Shown here piece by piece: positions 59,383 through 64,000 of a stretch of DNA of 64,000 bases. Every line of letters starts with the position of its first letter. Position 1 is the stretch's first letter. The stretch lies in NCBI GenBank assembly GCA_043228905.1, contig JBHGNT010000002.1, positions 6,882,001 to 6,946,000 of the forward strand, written 5' to 3'. Below the pieces are notes generated by a model that ran no database searches, was not told the origin of the DNA, and saw only the letters and a program-made list of their open reading frames with translations. Made by a program: the position numbers and the translations under genes. The stretch is from Azolla caroliniana. Its lineage: Eukaryota > Plantae > Polypodiophyta.

Positions 59383-61733
59383 TGTTGGCCAGAGTATGGA
59401 GGATAAGTGGGGGACGAGTAGGGAACGGAAATTAGTATTAGTAATTAATAAGTTAAAATTATGATATGAACGGACGAATCCGGAATAGTTGCACCAATTC
59501 GGATCCGGACCGATTTGTAACCGGTTGCCGGTACGACACCGTTTTGTTATCAGAACCGGAGGCCTATAAAAGGATCCAGAAAGCAATATAATGAGCGCGG
59601 AAGTAATATAAGTCTGAGTTGGATTTCAGTATTGTGTATCTTGTTTACTACTGTTTGTGCTTAATCTTCTATCTTACGCGTGCTAATCAAATAGTGCAAT
59701 ATTGCGATTCCGTAACTGATCCGGTAATAGTTGGATCAGGATCATATTTGCGCCGGTTAACATCCTACCCGTAACCATCCCTTTGGTGAAGTGATCCGGA
59801 AGGACACCCTATGTTTGTGGCTAGTCCGTCCCAAGATAAACATAATTTTGGTGACCACGATTCCTGTAGAGCATAGTGAACATCGGGGAATGGATGATTA
59901 GACCGACAAACGACCCAATCGCCAAGTGAGTGAGAAGACTAGCTGAGAGATTGCGGAGGTGGGAGGCCTACCAGCAGGTGGTTGAGGAGATCCGACAGGA
60001 CCGGTCTTTTCCCAGAACAATTTGGCGGGTCGCGGAGGAGTCACTCCAGTTGCAAAACCAACAACATACTGACAAAGGCAGTAGCCTGAGCAGTTTATGT
60101 GAAGCGGAATCTATATTGCAAACCCTCGCCACAAAGCTCCTTTGAGTTGGAATCAAACGGCGAGCACAATGTTCAGTCAAACTATCGAAGCAGTCATGAC
60201 ACTTTAGACGACTCGGAGGAAGACAGTTCGGAGCACGAACCGACACAAGAATTGGAAACAACATTACCACACCACCGACCCATGAGATAAACCAAGGCCA
60301 ACAATCAGAGAGAACAACCGAGCGTGAACTAACACCACCGCCGGACCGACAATCAGAGGAGAGGAACGATCGTGCGCCGACACCACCATCGGACTGGCAT
60401 TCGGAGGAAACAGACGATCGGGTACTGACACCACCCATGGAACAAACTTTCGACAACGACACAATGTCGTACCCGTACACGAAGTACCGGGACGACCTGG
60501 ACGCAGAGGCACACGTATATACCTTCCTACATACATGCGAAGCGAACCACGTCTTGCAACGATTGAAAGAAGCAAAGGTTGAGCGTTCAAAGATCGCGGA
60601 GTTCGGAATGACATTGGTAGGCCCAACAACAAGGTGGCACAAAAAGCACCTTCCGGATAGCTTCGCCACGTTTGAGGCCTTGCGGAATAAATTCCTATGG
60701 CTGTTTCACTGGCAGGTGGAGCAAAGGGAGCTCGTCGGTCAGTTTTATACAGTCTATTAGGAACCTAACGAGACAGTGCCCCAATTCATTATCAAATTCC
60801 AAAGACTGCACAACGAACTAAAAAGGGCACCTCCGGAGGACGAGGTAAGAGCGGTCTTTTTGGCCACACTTTGGGAGCCGCTCCGCACAATGCGGTCCGC
60901 ATTCGACTTCTGGACCAACACCATTGATCAAATTATTGACTGGGTGATGGAAATGGATAGGGCCCGGAATAGTAATTACATGGCGATGGGAGCCCTACAA
61001 CAAGCACTACCTCGAGAGGAAGACTTACGTTTTCGGGAAGCAGTCCAGTGCATGACGTGCCTCAACCCCGGGCATTCCACATTAGAGTGCACTATGTGAA
61101 CTCAGTGCATGCTATGCCACTCCCGGTCACACACTATGGACCGGTGTGAGTATAATCTATTAAATCAACAAGCGGCACCAGTCGAGCCTCGGGGCGAACA
61201 ACAACCGCAAGAGGAACGGTTCCGAAGAGAGGAACGATATCGATCGGAACACGATGACCGGTATGACGACAGAAGACGAGAGGACTATGACCGAGATTGC
61301 AATGACATGCGAGGAGAAGACTACAATCGAGATCTCTACGGTCGCGACTACTCCCCAGAGTATGACCGAAGGAGAGACGACGGGAGGTACCCAGAACGAC
61401 GGGCGTACCCATATCAAGATAGACGATACCCGGAATGTCAGGGGTGCTGGAAACACCAACGCAACAACCGAAGGGGAAATTTTCGCCGAGAAGAGCATCA
61501 AGAATTGGCCAGAGAGTACCGTTGAGAGCCGGATACAAATACGGTCGTTTCGCAACCAAAGCAAAGGAGGACAAGCAAGTTGTGGAGGACAAGACAAAAC
61601 TCAGAGTGGGCCGAATCTGGGAATGGTGAAGGCATGGAAGGACCAGACAAAGAGGAATATCGACGACAACTCGGTGGGCTGGTGGACTCAATGGTCACAA
61701 CAAGCGGCAGAATTACAGGTCCTCCGGGCAGAT
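59383..61733 (+). mobile_element. Element G: 5' LTR (59383-59842), PBS and degenerate gag of a relative of element C
   Basis: TGTTGGCC...GATAAACA; TGGTGACCACGATTCCTG; MSYPYTKYRDDLDAEAHVY, CMTCLNPGH. Confidence 0.88.
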
Positions 61734-64000
61734 TGTTGAGAATCAAGCTCAACTTGGTCTAGTGTGTGAACTCACCTTGAGAGTGAATAGACACTCAAAC
61801 GGTCAAGAGTCACCATTATGTCACCTCTTTGTATTCTAGAATTTAGTATGAGTCATAGAATCATATTCTATGATACATAACTTATGAGCTTTCACATTCC
61901 CCATGCTCCATGAGTCTTGTAGTTAATGAAGAGAGAGGGTGACTATATAAAGCACCCTCCTCCCACCTTGTATAGAAGTTGAGTCTTTCTCCTTTGTTAA
62001 TATACTCTTACCTTGCGTATTCTCTGTGTCTTATTCCTTGTCTCTCTCACTCTCTCTCATACACACACATAACTCATATCTCTTCCGCTTCACAAGAATC
62101 ATATTCGATTTTTTACATGGTATCAAAGCGATTTGGTAGTTCGATCTAGCCCATTCGCCTCATCGCGATCGTGTGTTGTGCTCCACACCGACGACCAAGA
62201 ACCGGCTCATCGCTATCGTAGCTTCGCTACATAGCTTGCATTCGAAGAGAGAAGAAGAAGAAGAAGAAGAATCGACATAATGAATACTCAAATGGGGAGC
62301 GCTCTCCCTACCAAGAAGTTGGATCGAAACAACTTCGCATCTTGGGAGTACAAGATGCACCAATACCTTGTCGGACAAGGCTATTGGAGCTACATCAAAG
62401 GAGCACATGAAGACCGACCCGTCGACACGGCTCCCGGACATGGGAGCAAGCCGCAAGCCGCGTGATGTATTGTTTGGCGACATGTGTTCACGACCACATG
62501 CTCGGTTACATTCGAGAAGCCAAGACGCCGAAGGAAGCGGGGGAAAATCTACGAAATATTTTCCCCGCCAACACGATCGCGAAGAAGCTTCAACTCCGCC
62601 AAGAGTTGAACAACATTCAACAAAGGGACATGTCCATCACGACATACACCTTGAAGATTAAGGAACTTTGCGACTCGCTCGGCTCAATAAGCGTAAGTAT
62701 CGATGATGATGAGATGGTGCAAATATGCCTCGGCGGCCTTGCACCACGGTTCAGCGTGATGCGAACCGCCGTTATAGCAAGGGAGAAATCTCCCTCCTTC
62801 TTCGAGCTCCAATCAATGTGACAGGAATGCACGCTCCCTTTCTACCACACTCGGCCACAACTGAGTCTAAAATCGAAACACAGAAAAACGGATAATGGAG
62901 AGAAGAGAACACAGGATGTTAACGTGGAAAATCCAAACTAGGGAAAAACCACGACAGCCCACAGACTGCAAACTATCACTATGTCAGAATGTACAAAATG
63001 GTAAAGCACTGAAGCAACGACCTCGAGCTTTCTATCTTCACCACAGGCGGCGGTTACAACAGAGGCAACGACCTCTTCCTCTCTCTCACTCTCTCTGTAC
63101 ACAGTTGCATGCTCTAATCTTACACAAACAAGAATGACAACCACACACATGTATATACTCTATTTGCCCTAAGTCATATTTATACTAATATTACTTTTCG
63201 GCTATTTACAAATATAGCCTCGATGGACTCTCAGAAACATATTTACAAATATGTCCCTTCATCCGGTGAGCACTTCTCACCGGGCCTGCATCATTCGGCG
63301 CTTGTCGGGCACACTTTCTTCGGTTCTCACCGGGTCCTCCGTAGCCGGGTACTCGTCATCCGACGCTTGCCGGGTACACCACATCCGGTTCTCACCGAGT
63401 CTTCCGTAGCCAGGTACTCGTCATCCGGCGCTTGCCGGGTACACCACATCCGGTTTCGGCCTCGGCCGAGTTTGCTCATCAGTACTGTTCTTCTCACTTC
63501 CCATCCGGAGGGACCTGTTTCCTAACACAATGCTATTGGTCGAAGAAAACCACGTGCGTACAATGAGCAATGAGTCAGAAGGCCACACGCTCTACACGCA
63601 CTCGAACGGAGGAAGAGGATGCAGATGAGCGAGAAGCCGATTCAGCCAAGGACAAGGCGGACGAGGTCCGACCTACGACAACAACTCCCAATTTCGGCCG
63701 CAAAACAGAAGCCAACGAGGAACCTTCGCAAGAAGGGGGAGCTTCCACTCTGGCCCGAGCCGTCAAAATGCAACCGAATGCAGATATTGTGGAAAGCTCG
63801 GCCACCACGAAGGAGAGTGCCAAAAGAAGATGTGCGAAACGGCTTCCACAAGCCGACAAGTCATGAATTACGCGCACAACTCCGACTACAAAGATCGTGG
63901 CGGAATGTTCATGATGAAACATAGAGCAAACTTTATGTTGGCCTCTACCTCAACTAGTGCCTCCGGTCTGGAAGACGTATGGTTCATCGATTCCAGTCCC
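61734..64000 (+). mobile_element. Copia element: 5' LTR 61734-62117, PBS, degenerate gag to PR start; runs off the window
   Basis: TGTTGAGAATCAAGCTCAAC...TTTACA TGGTATCAAAGC; MGSALPTKKLDRNNFASW; KIKELCDSLGSI; VWFIDSS. Confidence 0.9.
62819..63527 (-). repeat. Solo LTR (Tnt1-like copia family) in gag
   Basis: TGACAGG...CCTAACA with perfect TSD CAATG. Confidence 0.93.

Overview
Eukaryotic, seed-free-plant-like (probably bryophyte) genomic DNA, about 80% nested LTR retrotransposons. Element labels A-G are my own. Using LTR termini, PBS/PPT and target-site duplications (TSDs), the nest resolves into: a fragmented non-chromovirus gypsy host element with an extra 3' ORF (C); Tcn1-like chromoviruses (A/B); a fungal-Ylt1-like gypsy family with 4-bp TSDs (E, F) and its non-autonomous gag-only, tRNA-Trp-primed partner (D); several Tnt1-like copia copies, one intact and young (33749-39553); and three solo LTRs with TSDs. 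Two independent TSD pairs are split across opposite strands, showing that roughly 3.9-17.0 kb is inverted, with a ~1.95-kb inverted duplication at the breakpoints. The only host gene found is a 6-exon minus-strand gene (46593-53200) missed by the ORF track. It encodes a ~182-aa protein with an N-terminal peptidoglycan-binding-like (PG_binding_1) domain and a 10-Cys C-terminal domain with three CX3C motifs. A hAT MITE, an intronic LINE 3' end and short telomere-repeat inserts are also present. All family assignments come from motif recognition by eye; no database search was run.
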